Positions 18,135 to 27,839 of a stretch of 64,000 nt of DNA are shown here, in pieces. Numbering within the stretch: the first letter of the stretch is position 1; the number at the start of each line of letters is the position of its first letter. A program made the position numbers and the translations under genes. The notes under the pieces are model-generated. The model had not been told where the DNA came from, did not search any database, and was given only the letters and a program-made list of their open reading frames with translations. This stretch comes from Patescibacteria group bacterium (lineage in GTDB: Bacteria; Patescibacteriota; Minisyncoccia; UBA6257; GWB1-50-10), in the NCBI GenBank assembly GCA_023474215.1, contig JAMCYI010000006.1, forward strand, positions 65,452 through 129,451, written 5' to 3'.

Positions 18135-20507
18135 ATGAGTACCGATATCACCGCAGGGGGTCTGACATCCGAAGAGATCAAGAAAAGGCTTGAACAATAT
18201 GGTCCGAACGAAATACCGGAGAAGAAGGTGAGTTTCTTCATGAAGATCGTGAAGTGGCTCGTGTCGCCGATCGCCTTGATGCTTCTCGCTGCGGCGCTGC
18301 TTTCCCTCGTGAGCGGGAAAACGTTCGATTTTTACTTCATCCTCTTCCTCATGATCCTGAATTTCACCATCGGGTTCTGGCAGGAAAATAAAGCCGACAA
18401 CGCCATCAAAAAACTCCGGGAAAGCCTGGCCATTCAGGTGAAAGTGCTCCGCGACGGAGCGTGGAGCTGGATCGATTCCCGGATGCTCGTTCCGGGAGAT
18501 TCCGTCCAGCTCATGGTCGGCGATATCATTCCCGCGGACGGCGACCTCACCGAAGCGAAAAACCTCACGGTAAATGAAGCGGTTTTGACCGGCGAATCAC
18601 TGCCGAAAGACAAGAGCATCAAGGACAAGGTTTATTCGGGGTCTTTCGTCGCGACCGGGTCGGCGACCATGACGGTGACCGCGACCGGCATCAAAACGAA
18701 TTTCGGGAAGACCATAACCCTCGTCGAGCGGGTGACGCGGCGGAGTATTCTCGAAAAAGATATTTTGACCATCTCCAAATTCCTCACTGTGATCGCACTC
18801 GTCGGCGTCGCCATCGTAACCATCGTCTTTCTCCTCCAGCACGCCACGTGGAGCGACATTATCGTTCTCGACCTAAGCCTCGTGATCGCCGGCATCCCGA
18901 TCAGCCTGCCGACCGTCATGACCCTCATCATCAGTTTGGGAGCCCTGGAGCTCGCGAAAAAGCACGCGATCGTGCGAAGATTGTCGGCTCTCGAAGATCT
19001 CGCGAACGTCAACATGCTCCTCACGGACAAGACCGGAACTTTGACCAACAACCAGATCACCGTCGCAAGCATTATAGGATACAACGGACGTGAAAAGGAC
19101 AACGTGGTCTACTATGCTTCCGCGGCAGCGCCGGAAGACACCAGAAGTTCCATCGACAACGCCGTTAACAAGAAGGCTGAAGTCATGGGAATGAAGAGAG
19201 ATTTTTCAATCCTTGAACTCACGCCCGCCGATTCTGAACGGAAACGTTCCACCGCTATCGCTTCTTTCCACGGCGTCAAAACCGTCGTTTCCGTCGGTGC
19301 TCCCCAAGTGATCGGGGCTCTCTGTGCGATGGACGATAAACTAAAGTCCCACTATGAAGCGGACGTGAACAGGGCGGCCGATGACGGGTACCGCGTTTTG
19401 GGCGTCGCCATCCGCGAAAACGGCACGGAAGAAAAAGACATGACGATGATCGGCATTCTCATGCTTGCCGATCCCCTGACCGACGATGCGGCGGATGTCA
19501 TCGGATTCTTAAGGGAGAATGGCATCGGCGTAAAAATGTTGACGGGTGATAACCTGGCTATCAGCCGTCGCACGGCCGCGGAACTTTCCCTGCAAGGCCA
19601 GGTTTTGACGCGCGACGAGGTGAATTGGAAATCGACCGATCCGGCGTACTTCGACGGCATCGGGGCCTTTTCACAAATCCTGCCGGAAGACAAATTCAAC
19701 CTCGCGAAACTCGCGGAGAAGAACGGCTACGTCATCGCCATGACCGGCGACGGCGTGAACGATCTCGGAGCGATCAAGGAAGCGAATGTTGGCATCGCGG
19801 TCAAAAACGCTGTCGATGCCCTGAAAAGCGCCGCCGACATTGTTCTCCTCTCGCCCGGCATCTCAGTCATCAGGGATGCGCTGGTAGAAGCGCGGAAGAT
19901 TTTTTCCCGTCTCTACAGTTACTCCATCTACCGCATTTCCGAAAGTTTTCGTCTCATCATCACGATCGTCATCCTCGGCATCATTTATAAAACCTATCCC
20001 CTGACTCCCATTCAATTGATTTTGATCGCGATCATGAACGATTTCCCGATTATTTCCCTCGCCTTCAACCGGGTTAAAAATTTCAGCCGCCCGGCGAAGA
20101 TAAAAGTTGCCGAGCGGTTCACGCTCGGAGCGCTTTACGGCATCACGGGGATATTCAACAGCTTAATCCTCTTCTTCGTCATGGACTACGTTCTCCATCT
20201 CGACTGGGCGGTTATCCAAACCGTCTTCTTCCTCAAGCTCATGATATCGGGACACATGCTGATCTACGTGGCCCACACCAAGGAACGCTGGTACAAATTC
20301 CTGCCGAGTTCGCAGGTTATCTGGGCAACGAGTTTAACGCAAATAGCCGCAAGCTTGATGGCCTGGATCGGTATCTTCATGAACGGAATTCCCCTCCTTT
20401 ACGTGGCGGGTGTCTGGATCTGGTGTTTCGCCTGGATGCAGGTAACCGAACTCGTGAAGATTGCCGACCAAAAACTCATCATCCCCCACTTCGAGGGTCG
20501 CTCCTAA
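18135..20507 (+). CDS. P-type ATPase, type IIIA (plasma-membrane H+-ATPase-like)
   Basis: TGES, DKTGTLT, TGDN, GDGVND; TM4 IAGIPISLP and TM6 IAIMND. Confidence 0.88.
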   Translation: MSTDITAGGLTSEEIKKRLEQYGPNEIPEKKVSFFMKIVKWLVSPIALMLLAAALLSLVSGKTFDFYFILFLMILNFTIGFWQENKADNAIKKLRESLAIQVKVLRDGAWSWIDSRMLVPGDSVQLMVGDIIPADGDLTEAKNLTVNEAVLTGESLPKDKSIKDKVYSGSFVATGSATMTVTATGIKTNFGKTITLVERVTRRSILEKDILTISKFLTVIALVGVAIVTIVFLLQHATWSDIIVLDLSLVIAGIPISLPTVMTLIISLGALELAKKHAIVRRLSALEDLANVNMLLTDKTGTLTNNQITVASIIGYNGREKDNVVYYASAAAPEDTRSSIDNAVNKKAEVMGMKRDFSILELTPADSERKRSTAIASFHGVKTVVSVGAPQVIGALCAMDDKLKSHYEADVNRAADDGYRVLGVAIRENGTEEKDMTMIGILMLADPLTDDAADVIGFLRENGIGVKMLTGDNLAISRRTAAELSLQGQVLTRDEVNWKSTDPAYFDGIGAFSQILPEDKFNLAKLAEKNGYVIAMTGDGVNDLGAIKEANVGIAVKNAVDALKSAADIVLLSPGISVIRDALVEARKIFSRLYSYSIYRISESFRLIITIVILGIIYKTYPLTPIQLILIAIMNDFPIISLAFNRVKNFSRPAKIKVAERFTLGALYGITGIFNSLILFFVMDYVLHLDWAVIQTVFFLKLMISGHMLIYVAHTKERWYKFLPSSQVIWATSLTQIAASLMAWIGIFMNGIPLLYVAGVWIWCFAWMQVTELVKIADQKLIIPHFEGRS

Positions 20508-20545
20508 TCTCTCTTCACTAAATACCTCTCTTTCGATTCCGGAAG

Positions 20546-20624
20546 AGCAAGCCGGGCATTCCTGCGAAGGCTAAGACTTGGGCGTCGCCCCGGAGACAGC
20601 CTGAGCAGGAATGCCCGGCGAGCT
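20546..20624. repeat. Palindromic element or bidirectional hairpin between convergent genes
   Basis: Perfect 15-bp IR gccgggcattcctgc (20551-20565 / 20605-20619) with nested aggct/agcct and gggc/gccc stems. Confidence 0.8.
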
Positions 20625-21783
20625 ATTGCTCTCTATCTTTTTCTAACTTATTCACTGCTTTCCTTTTCTCGTCCGGATTCCAGTGGGTTCGGGCGACGGC
20701 GCGTTTCAAGATCGCGATTGTTTCATCGTACGTCTTGGTATCCACCGGAAACGGCGTGCCATCCTTCCCGCCGTGCGCGAAGCTGTACCGCGCTGGATCT
20801 TCATAGGAGGGCTTCGCGCCGTAAATGATTTCACTGACGAGCGCCAAGGCACGGACCGTCTTCGGCCCGACGCCTTTCAGGGCAACCATCTTTTCGTAGT
20901 TTTCCGGGTTCACGTAGGCAACTTCCCTGAGAACTTTATCCAAATACTTATTCATCACGAAATCTTCTTTGACCATCGGATGATCGTAGAATTCTCCCCG
21001 GTCGAGATCGAGGAGCGTCAGCTGCTCCTTGCCGGACCGGACCGAGATCATGTTGGAATACCGGGAGAAATGTCTCCGGACAATGTTCACATCCTTCATG
21101 AGGGCGTTGTATCCGCCGCCCACGAGATCCACGGACATCCCGCGACTCCCGGAGCTGTTCTTTGAAACCATATTCAACACGTTCTTCCCGATGAATTTCG
21201 ATGAGATGCCCGAATGCGGCTCGCATACGAGGTCATGGACGTTTTCCGAAAACCAGTGGTATCGCCGCGCCGTCTGATTCGCCGTATTCATTCCCTGCTG
21301 GACGACCGTCCACGCTCCGTTCCGTGAAAATATGAAACTATGGTGATAGATCTGGAATCCGTCCTGAACGAGCGCACTATCAACCTTTGCGCTCATCTTC
21401 GAGTTGTAAACCAAAGCGTTGGTCTTTTTGTCGCTCATGCCGAGCTTCTCGCCCCATTCCAAAATCTCGTCCGGCGTCCGCCGCGAGGTTTTGCCCTTCC
21501 CGCCGCAGATGAATATCCCCAGTTCCCACTCTTCGCGGCGGATTGCTTCCTTCAAAGCGGCAGTCAGAATCGTCGTCAAACCCGACGCATTCCAGTCAAA
21601 TGCCAAAACGGTTCCGAGTGATTGGAACCACACAGGGTCGGCCATGCGCTTCACAAATTCGTCCGGCCCGTATTCATAGATCAAGATCCGCACGATGTCC
21701 CGTCCGAGCGCCACCATGCGCCGGAAAAGCCACGGAGGACATTTCCCTTCGTCGAGTGTGAATGTGGCGATGCCGCGTTTCAT
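20623..21783 (-). CDS. DUF763 family protein
   Basis: DPVWFQSLG..DWNASGLTT, GGKGK, SAKVD..QDG, YSFAHGGKDGTPFPV. Confidence 0.9.
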   Translation of the reverse strand: MKRGIATFTLDEGKCPPWLFRRMVALGRDIVRILIYEYGPDEFVKRMADPVWFQSLGTVLAFDWNASGLTTILTAALKEAIRREEWELGIFICGGKGKTSRRTPDEILEWGEKLGMSDKKTNALVYNSKMSAKVDSALVQDGFQIYHHSFIFSRNGAWTVVQQGMNTANQTARRYHWFSENVHDLVCEPHSGISSKFIGKNVLNMVSKNSSGSRGMSVDLVGGGYNALMKDVNIVRRHFSRYSNMISVRSGKEQLTLLDLDRGEFYDHPMVKEDFVMNKYLDKVLREVAYVNPENYEKMVALKGVGPKTVRALALVSEIIYGAKPSYEDPARYSFAHGGKDGTPFPVDTKTYDETIAILKRAVARTHWNPDEKRKAVNKLEKDREQ

Positions 21784-21814
21784 CCCTCCATTATACCCCC
21801 TCCTCAAAAACTTT

Positions 21815-21857
21815 GGCCCCCCGCTCTCCTCGAATTTTTGAAGGAGAGCGGGGGGCC
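21815..21857. terminator. GC-rich hairpin after the UDG gene
   Basis: ggccccccgctctcct / aggagagcggggggcc. Confidence 0.6.
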
Positions 21858-21875
21858 TTCAAATCTGTGGATAAT

Positions 21876-22505
21876 CTAGAAAAGCGAGGTTTGTTCTTCC
21901 TTATCTCCTGAAACTTCGGCGGATGACTTTCCCCTTCTTTGCCGCACAAGTTCGTCGTACTTTATAACGACCGCTTTCAAAGTTTTAAAACTTTTCTCCA
22001 AATCCCCCAAAACGGACGTCGATCGAAGCGCCGCCGCCGGATGATAAAGCGGGAGGAGGATCTTTTCACCCCACCAAAAGACCTTCCCTTGGTCCCGGGA
22101 TATCTTTCCGTCCGGCAGAAAATAGTTCATGGAAAATCTTCCGAGGGTCGCGATGATCTTGGGATCGACGGCGTCAATCTCTCTCGCCAAATACGGACGG
22201 TATGCTGAAAGCTCCTCGGGGAGCGGGTCGCGGTTTTCGGGGGGGCGTCGTTTCACGATATTCGTTATATAAACGTCCTCGCGCCGCATTCCGATATCGC
22301 CGATCAGCCGATCGAGAAGTTTTCCGGCTCGGCCGACGAAGGGCCTCCGTTCCCGATCTTCATAAAATCCGGGCGCTTCGCCGATGAACATGATCGCGGC
22401 ATCCGGACTCCCTTCGCCAAAAACCAGATTCGATTCCCGGAGAGGCACCGATTTATTCTCCTCGAGCTCTTTTTTTATTTCGGCCAGCGTTTTTTCTTTC
22501 TCCAT
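21876..22505 (-). CDS. Uracil-DNA glycosylase, family 4
   Basis: GEAPG, PFVGRAG, RPPENRDP, YHPAA; no cysteines. Confidence 0.93.
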   Translation of the reverse strand: MEKEKTLAEIKKELEENKSVPLRESNLVFGEGSPDAAIMFIGEAPGFYEDRERRPFVGRAGKLLDRLIGDIGMRREDVYITNIVKRRPPENRDPLPEELSAYRPYLAREIDAVDPKIIATLGRFSMNYFLPDGKISRDQGKVFWWGEKILLPLYHPAAALRSTSVLGDLEKSFKTLKAVVIKYDELVRQRRGKSSAEVSGDKEEQTSLF

Positions 22506-22510
22506 ACGGC

Positions 22511-23854
22511 TTACCGTCCTCCCAAAATCTTTTTCACCGACGAGGCAACATGTTCGATGGCAACTTCGGTTTGCTTGTACGATTTGAGGTCTTTGATCGT
22601 TGCGGTTCCCGCCGAAGCTTCGCGTTCGCCGATCAAGACGGCGGCAGCATAGTTGTTTTTTACCGCAAACGCGAGCTGGCCCTTCAATGTCTTTTCTTTC
22701 CCGAGATATATTTCCGAAGGAATTCCGTTCTTGCGAAGCTCGTAAACCGCCCGCTCTGCAGCAGCAAGCGACCCTTCATCGAAATGCAACACGACCGCCC
22801 GCATATTTTTTCCGCTGCTGAAAGAAACCTCGAGCTTTTCCATTGCATATAACATCCGATCGACACCGACCGAGGCGCCAACCGCCGGGAGTCTTCCGCC
22901 GCCGAAATGCTCGACGAGATTGTCGTACCGCCCGCCCGAAAAGACGCTTCCAATCTCCGGCAAATCGGTTAAAATCGTTTCAAAAACGAAACCGGTGTAA
23001 TAAGCCAAACCCCTGACCGTCGCGAAATCGAACGCCCATTTGTCATCCGGTACTCCCAAAGAAGCGAGATGATCGATCAACGCTTCCATTTCCGCGAATC
23101 CTGCTTCCGCATCGTCGGTCGAAATGAGCGCGCGCGCCGACCGCAAAAGTTCGCGATTATTCGACGCTTTGATGCCGAAGAAATCCACGACACGGCGCGC
23201 TTCATTTTTCGAGAGAGCAGCGGCATTCTTCGAAGAAAGCTCCTTCAAGACGCCCTCTATGCCGATCTTGTCCCATTTATCCACGGTTCGAAGAACGGCA
23301 TCGAGTTTTCCCTTCGAAAACCCGACATAGTTCGGCAGTCCGCCAAGGATCTTCCGGTTGTTGATCTTGATCAAAAAGTTCTGGAATCCGAGCGATATCA
23401 TGACTTGATTCATGAGAGCCACGATTTCCGCGTCGGCCAAAAGACTCCCCGATCCCACGACATCGGCGTCGAACTGCAAAAATTCCCGAAATCGCCCCGC
23501 TTGTGCGCGTTCTCCTCGCCATACCTTGCCGATCTGATACCGCTTGAAAGGGAACGTTATTTCGTTCGGATACATCGAAACCACCCGCGCCAAAGGAACC
23601 GTGAGGTCAAATCTAAGCGCAAGGCTTTCGCTCTCGTCGCTCTTCTTGATCTTGAATATTTGCTTCTTGAACTCTGGATCTCCACCCGTCAGCGTTTGCT
23701 CTTCTTCCACTCCCGGCGTATCGAGCGGAACAAACCCAAAAAGCTCAAAATTCCTTTTTATTGCATCGAGCATTTCGCTTCTTTTTCTTTCCTCTTCAGG
23801 AAGATAATCCTTGAAGCCGGAAGGCAATTTTACTTTCTTTCGTTCCGCCATCAT
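22511..23854 (-). CDS. hisS: Histidine--tRNA ligase (intact copy)
   Basis: LRFDLTVP, WRGERAQAGRFREFLQFD, RGLAYYTG, GGRYD, anticodon-binding domain. Confidence 0.95.
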   Translation of the reverse strand: MMAERKKVKLPSGFKDYLPEEERKRSEMLDAIKRNFELFGFVPLDTPGVEEEQTLTGGDPEFKKQIFKIKKSDESESLALRFDLTVPLARVVSMYPNEITFPFKRYQIGKVWRGERAQAGRFREFLQFDADVVGSGSLLADAEIVALMNQVMISLGFQNFLIKINNRKILGGLPNYVGFSKGKLDAVLRTVDKWDKIGIEGVLKELSSKNAAALSKNEARRVVDFFGIKASNNRELLRSARALISTDDAEAGFAEMEALIDHLASLGVPDDKWAFDFATVRGLAYYTGFVFETILTDLPEIGSVFSGGRYDNLVEHFGGGRLPAVGASVGVDRMLYAMEKLEVSFSSGKNMRAVVLHFDEGSLAAAERAVYELRKNGIPSEIYLGKEKTLKGQLAFAVKNNYAAAVLIGEREASAGTATIKDLKSYKQTEVAIEHVASSVKKILGGR

Positions 23855-23959
23855 GGTTGTCTTTATACTACATTGTAACATTAAATACGGGCAAGCGTAT
23901 TCCCTTACAGACGGTGCACGGCATCGTCGAAGGTCGAAAAAAAAAATACGGAGAAAAAC

Positions 23960-24307
23960 ATGCCCGCAACGAAAAAACTTTTAGTCCTAGGGACCGGCAC
24001 CTTGATCACAGGATTGGTATTCAGTTCTTCTCTTGCATTTGCCGGAACATCGGCACCGAAACGTTCACGAATCGGCTTCACGTTCAACTCGACATCATCG
24101 GGCGTAACGCTCACGGCTGCAAGCAATACGAAAGCGTACCTCGTGACGACGACTCCCGACACGAGGATCCCCGCAAACCGCGGACCTCACACGCTCGCAA
24201 GCCTCAAGGATGCTCTCGGAGTTCGAACGTACCACAAAGAAAATCGCGAAGCAATCGCCGCTTCATCGACTCGGGCCGTGGTTTATCTGCCAAGGAGCAA
24301 ACTATAG
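23960..24307 (+). CDS. Small putative secreted protein
   Basis: Signal-peptide-like N-terminus ending AFA; GGAG upstream; Ser/Thr-rich. Confidence 0.55.
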   Translation: MPATKKLLVLGTGTLITGLVFSSSLAFAGTSAPKRSRIGFTFNSTSSGVTLTAASNTKAYLVTTTPDTRIPANRGPHTLASLKDALGVRTYHKENREAIAASSTRAVVYLPRSKL

Positions 24308-24366
24308 AGACCTATGACCATTCTGTCGCTCGCCTCCTGACCCCTTCCGCCAATCGGAAGGGGTTT

Positions 24367-25644
24367 TTAGATCCAACCGAACACGCTCGCAAGATAGGCA
24401 ACGGCGACCGCCAAAGCAAATACGAAGGTAAGTCCTCCAAAGACATTCGCGATGATCCCGTTCGTCTTTTCATGCATGATCGAACGATTGTTCGCAATCC
24501 GGAGAATGATGAAGACGATCGGCGGCGTGATGATCGTGTAAAACACCGCCGTATAGATCAAGGCGGCAATGGGATCGATCCGCAATACCGTCATGCAAAC
24601 GCCTGCAAGCGTCGAGAGAGCGATCACGAGATAGAAACTTTTTGCTTCCCGCCAGGTCTTGTTCATTCCTTCCCGCCAGTTGAATATTTCGGCAAGCATG
24701 TAGCCGATACTTCCCGCAAGGACCGGAACGGCCAGGAGGCCCGTGCCGACGATCCCGATGCTGAAAATAATGAACGCATAGGGACCGAGGAGCGGCCGCA
24801 GGACGCTCGAAGCCTCTTGGAACGTCGCGATGACCGCGGAGCCCTTCGCGACCGCCAATCCCCCCGCCGAAACGAGGATGAACCACGTAATGATCTCTGA
24901 AAAAACCATGCCGAGCGCCGTGTCGCGCCGCATGTGCTTCAATTCGTTCTTCGTGACGAGGAACCGCTTCAATTTCCTTTTTTCCTTTTCTTCATCCCGG
25001 TCTTCCACTTCCTCATCCGCCTGCCAGAAGAACAAATACGGCGAAATGGTCGTACCGAAGAAGGCGGCAACGAGCATGATAAAGTCCTTATCCGGCAGGA
25101 AAACGGGAACGAATGTCGCCCGAAAGACGCTTCCCCAATCGATATGGATGAAAAACGCCGTCGCAACGTAAAAGAAGAGCGACAACGTGAGCCATTTTAA
25201 AACGCTTGCAAATCGGGGATATGAAAGGAAGACCGTAAAAAAGAGGATCGCAAGCGCAGCGATGAGGACCCACAAGACGACGCCCAAAGGCACGAGTGTT
25301 TCAAGGACCGCTCCTAGGGCAAGGAGATCCGCACCGATGTTCATGGTTATGACGACGACGGAAATGACCGCGATGAAATAAAGGAGGGTCTTCGAATAGT
25401 GATCCTTGATGATGCGGACAAGACCGTGATCCGTGACATATCCGATGCGGCCCGCCATTTCCTGAACGGAAATCATGAACGGCAGCGCAAGAAACGCAAG
25501 CCATAGTATCTTGAAGCCGTACAAAAACCCCGACTGGAGATACGTCAAAATCCCCGACGGATCATCGTCGGCTGCGCCGGTTATGATCCCCGGCCCCACC
25601 TTGCTGCCGATGCTCTTTACCTTTTTGAAAAGAGAGAGCTTCAT
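24367..25644 (-). CDS. NRAMP-family divalent metal transporter
   Basis: GPGIITGAADDDPSG, GTTISPYLFFWQ. Confidence 0.92.
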   Translation of the reverse strand: MKLSLFKKVKSIGSKVGPGIITGAADDDPSGILTYLQSGFLYGFKILWLAFLALPFMISVQEMAGRIGYVTDHGLVRIIKDHYSKTLLYFIAVISVVVITMNIGADLLALGAVLETLVPLGVVLWVLIAALAILFFTVFLSYPRFASVLKWLTLSLFFYVATAFFIHIDWGSVFRATFVPVFLPDKDFIMLVAAFFGTTISPYLFFWQADEEVEDRDEEKEKRKLKRFLVTKNELKHMRRDTALGMVFSEIITWFILVSAGGLAVAKGSAVIATFQEASSVLRPLLGPYAFIIFSIGIVGTGLLAVPVLAGSIGYMLAEIFNWREGMNKTWREAKSFYLVIALSTLAGVCMTVLRIDPIAALIYTAVFYTIITPPIVFIILRIANNRSIMHEKTNGIIANVFGGLTFVFALAVAVAYLASVFGWI

Positions 25645-25663
25645 GGAAGGAGCGATCGCTCCG

Positions 25664-26185
25664 CTATCCTTGGGGTTGTACCGAGAGAAGTTCCACCTCG
25701 AACGTCAACGTCGCATTGGGAGGAATGACGCCCGAGACGCCGTTCGGTCCGTATGCCAAGCTGGGCGGGATGACCAATTTCCTTTTTCCTCCAACCTTCA
25801 TGCCGAGGACCCCCTCATCCCATCCCTTGATGACATGGCCGGCGCCCAAGAGAAAGGTGAAACCTTGATTCCCGTGGTTCGCCGATGCATCAAAGATCGT
25901 CCCGTCCGTAAGGCGGCCCACGTAGTTCACCGTCACCGTGTCCCCCGCGACCGCTTCCGTCCCCGTACCGACGACTTCGTCGGTGACCTGAAGGCCATCC
26001 GGCAAGTTTTGTGTTTCCATAGTAGTTGTTTGATCTTGACTCGTTTGATTCCCCGCAACCGACTGGTTTATTGTTACGGCACCCGGCGCATTTCCCTTCT
26101 TCCCGGCAAGAACGATGACAACGATCGCGATGACAATAATTCCGATCGCGCCGAGAGCGATGTTCTTCTTTTTATTAGTTTCCAT
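25664..26185 (-). CDS. FKBP-type peptidyl-prolyl isomerase, membrane-anchored
   Basis: VIKGWDEG, IPPSLAYG, IPPNATLTFEVELL. Confidence 0.95.
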   Translation of the reverse strand: METNKKKNIALGAIGIIVIAIVVIVLAGKKGNAPGAVTINQSVAGNQTSQDQTTTMETQNLPDGLQVTDEVVGTGTEAVAGDTVTVNYVGRLTDGTIFDASANHGNQGFTFLLGAGHVIKGWDEGVLGMKVGGKRKLVIPPSLAYGPNGVSGVIPPNATLTFEVELLSVQPQG

Positions 26186-26186
26186 A

Positions 26187-26810
26187 TTACTTGATATTCA
26201 AAATTTGGGCGAGTTGCGGCTTGTCGAACCCGATGATGTAATCCGGTTCGGAATCTTCATATTGGATCTCTGTAACCGGCACCCCCATCTGGCCGGTCTT
26301 TTTGACCATATCTTCCCCCGCCGCGCGGTCGACATCAACCATGACGTTCTCGTAAGAAATCTTGTTTTCGTCGAGCCACGCCTTTTCCATCTTGCAGTAC
26401 GGGCAGGTGGTCGTTGAATAGACCTTGATCTTTGTCGGCTTCAAGTCGCCGGCACCGGCGCTAACGTTCACGATCTCTTTCATCTTCTTTTCGACATCCT
26501 CGGCGACGCGCGCTATTTCCATGTTTTGCGTGACGCCTCCGAGAAGCGATCCGCGGCCGGCGCCGACCATAACGTTCCCATCCTTTTCAAAAACGACGAT
26601 GACCGACGGCAAAAAGCCCACGACATTGTGGTCGGCGGCGATAACTGCACTGGTCCAATTTGCCTCGGAAACGTGGACTGCATATCCCTTCGGATCCTTC
26701 AATTCGACTTCGCCCAGAACCTTGAGCCCCGCCTTTTCGGCTGCTTTTTTGACGTTTTGAAGCGTCTCGGAGAGCCCGAATGTGCTCTTCCTGAAATAAG
26801 AAAAGGTCAT
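26187..26810 (-). CDS. DUF302-like domain fused to glutaredoxin
   Basis: C-terminal CPYC and GQMGVPV; N-terminal DUF302-like fold (tentative). Confidence 0.8.
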   Translation of the reverse strand: MTFSYFRKSTFGLSETLQNVKKAAEKAGLKVLGEVELKDPKGYAVHVSEANWTSAVIAADHNVVGFLPSVIVVFEKDGNVMVGAGRGSLLGGVTQNMEIARVAEDVEKKMKEIVNVSAGAGDLKPTKIKVYSTTTCPYCKMEKAWLDENKISYENVMVDVDRAAGEDMVKKTGQMGVPVTEIQYEDSEPDYIIGFDKPQLAQILNIK

Positions 26811-26951
26811 AGTGAAGCTATTTTACACCGGAGTCCTCTCCGAGCGCAACTGGTACTCTTTTAAAAAAGAAAGAGTTGCACGATTGTGTTGTGCAACTCC
26901 CCTTCTGATGCCTCCGCCGGATGTTTTCCGGCACAGAGAAACTTTTTTTCG

Positions 26952-27392
26952 TCACTTTGCCGCAGAAATCAGTGCGCCGTTCTGCATAGCCCTCCACCCT
27001 CTCCACGTTTTCAACCGATTCCGATGCCTTTTCCGATGACATTGACCGATGACATACTGGCCAATGAGATAGTTGGCGACCTCCGCGATCTTCGCCGGCG
27101 ACAAGCGTTCTCCCACTCGAAGCACGCCCTCAGAAGCCCGATAGGAAAACCGCGATCCTTTTATTTCTTCGATAAAAAGACCTTCCCTTACCCCGAGCTT
27201 GAGCGTAAACCCGAGCGTATCGCCGTCCCTCGTCACGACGGAACATTTTTGAATTCCGTTGTGATACGACACCTCAAGCGTTCTCCTGTTGTTGGGCTTT
27301 TTGGTTGGAAACGCGATTTCCCGGAGGATCCGTTCGCCTATTCCACCGGGCATGGCGGAAACGGTCTTTGTTGATCCCGATGCATTCAGCAT
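26952..27392 (-). CDS. Hypothetical basic protein
   Basis: AAGGAG RBS before ATG at 27392; downstream hairpin gagttgcac/gtgcaactc. Confidence 0.6.
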   Translation of the reverse strand: MLNASGSTKTVSAMPGGIGERILREIAFPTKKPNNRRTLEVSYHNGIQKCSVVTRDGDTLGFTLKLGVREGLFIEEIKGSRFSYRASEGVLRVGERLSPAKIAEVANYLIGQYVIGQCHRKRHRNRLKTWRGWRAMQNGALISAAK

Positions 27393-27503
27393 TGCTAACT
27401 CCTTTCTGATATATGAAATTATTTGAGTGCTTACCCAGGGTTCCGATTTTCGGGCCTGGGATATATCCACTTCTCATATGGACAGGTCCCGGACTCTAAA
27501 ATG

Positions 27504-27533
27504 AAGAACCCCCGGCTTTCAGTCGGGGGCTTT
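27504..27533 (-). terminator. Candidate attenuator terminator in 5' leader
   Basis: aaagcccccgactgaaagccgggggttcttcatttt on the minus strand. Confidence 0.55.
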
Positions 27534-27555
27534 GGATTTTCGATGTGGTCTCTTC

Positions 27556-27642
27556 TTACTTCATCGCAAAACGCAAAGTCCCCTTCCGAAGGAGGAGGCT
27601 CATGAAGACGAACGAAATCGAATTTTGCCTTCCGTTTTGCAT
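27556..27642 (-). CDS. Candidate 28-aa leader peptide MQNGRQNSISFVFMSLLLRKGTLRFAMK
   Basis: ATG 7 nt after the -10 box; stop ~22 nt before the terminator hairpin. Confidence 0.45.
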   Translation of the reverse strand: MQNGRQNSISFVFMSLLLRKGTLRFAMK

Positions 27643-27649
27643 TGTTTTT

Positions 27650-27678
27650 ATGGTACGCCCCGAGAGAGGTATCGTCAA
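27650..27678 (-). promoter_or_regulatory. Sigma-70 promoter
   Basis: TTGACG-17-TACCAT; DnaA-box-like TTTTCCACA just upstream. Confidence 0.65.
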
Positions 27679-27732
27679 GGAGTTCTGTGGAAAACAAAAC
27701 TTTCAATTCTTCCTTCCTTCATAGGCCTCCGC

Positions 27733-27839
27733 ATGTCAAAATAATCCTCCGCTCGCACGCTCCTCGCCACCCAACTCGCCTGTACGGGCGGGGGGGCCTG
27801 GCTCGGCACGCGGCTCGCTTCGGTTATTTTAGAGGACAT
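27733..27839. repeat. Palindromic GC-rich element with gctcg motifs
   Basis: atgtc..aaaataa / ttatttt..gacat ends; inner ctcgcc/ggcggg. Confidence 0.55.

Noticed and set aside
27560-27645. c-di-GMP-I riboswitch suggested by ggcaaa and acgcaaag
   Set aside because: The two motifs are on opposite strands and the GAAA-capped P2 stem is missing.
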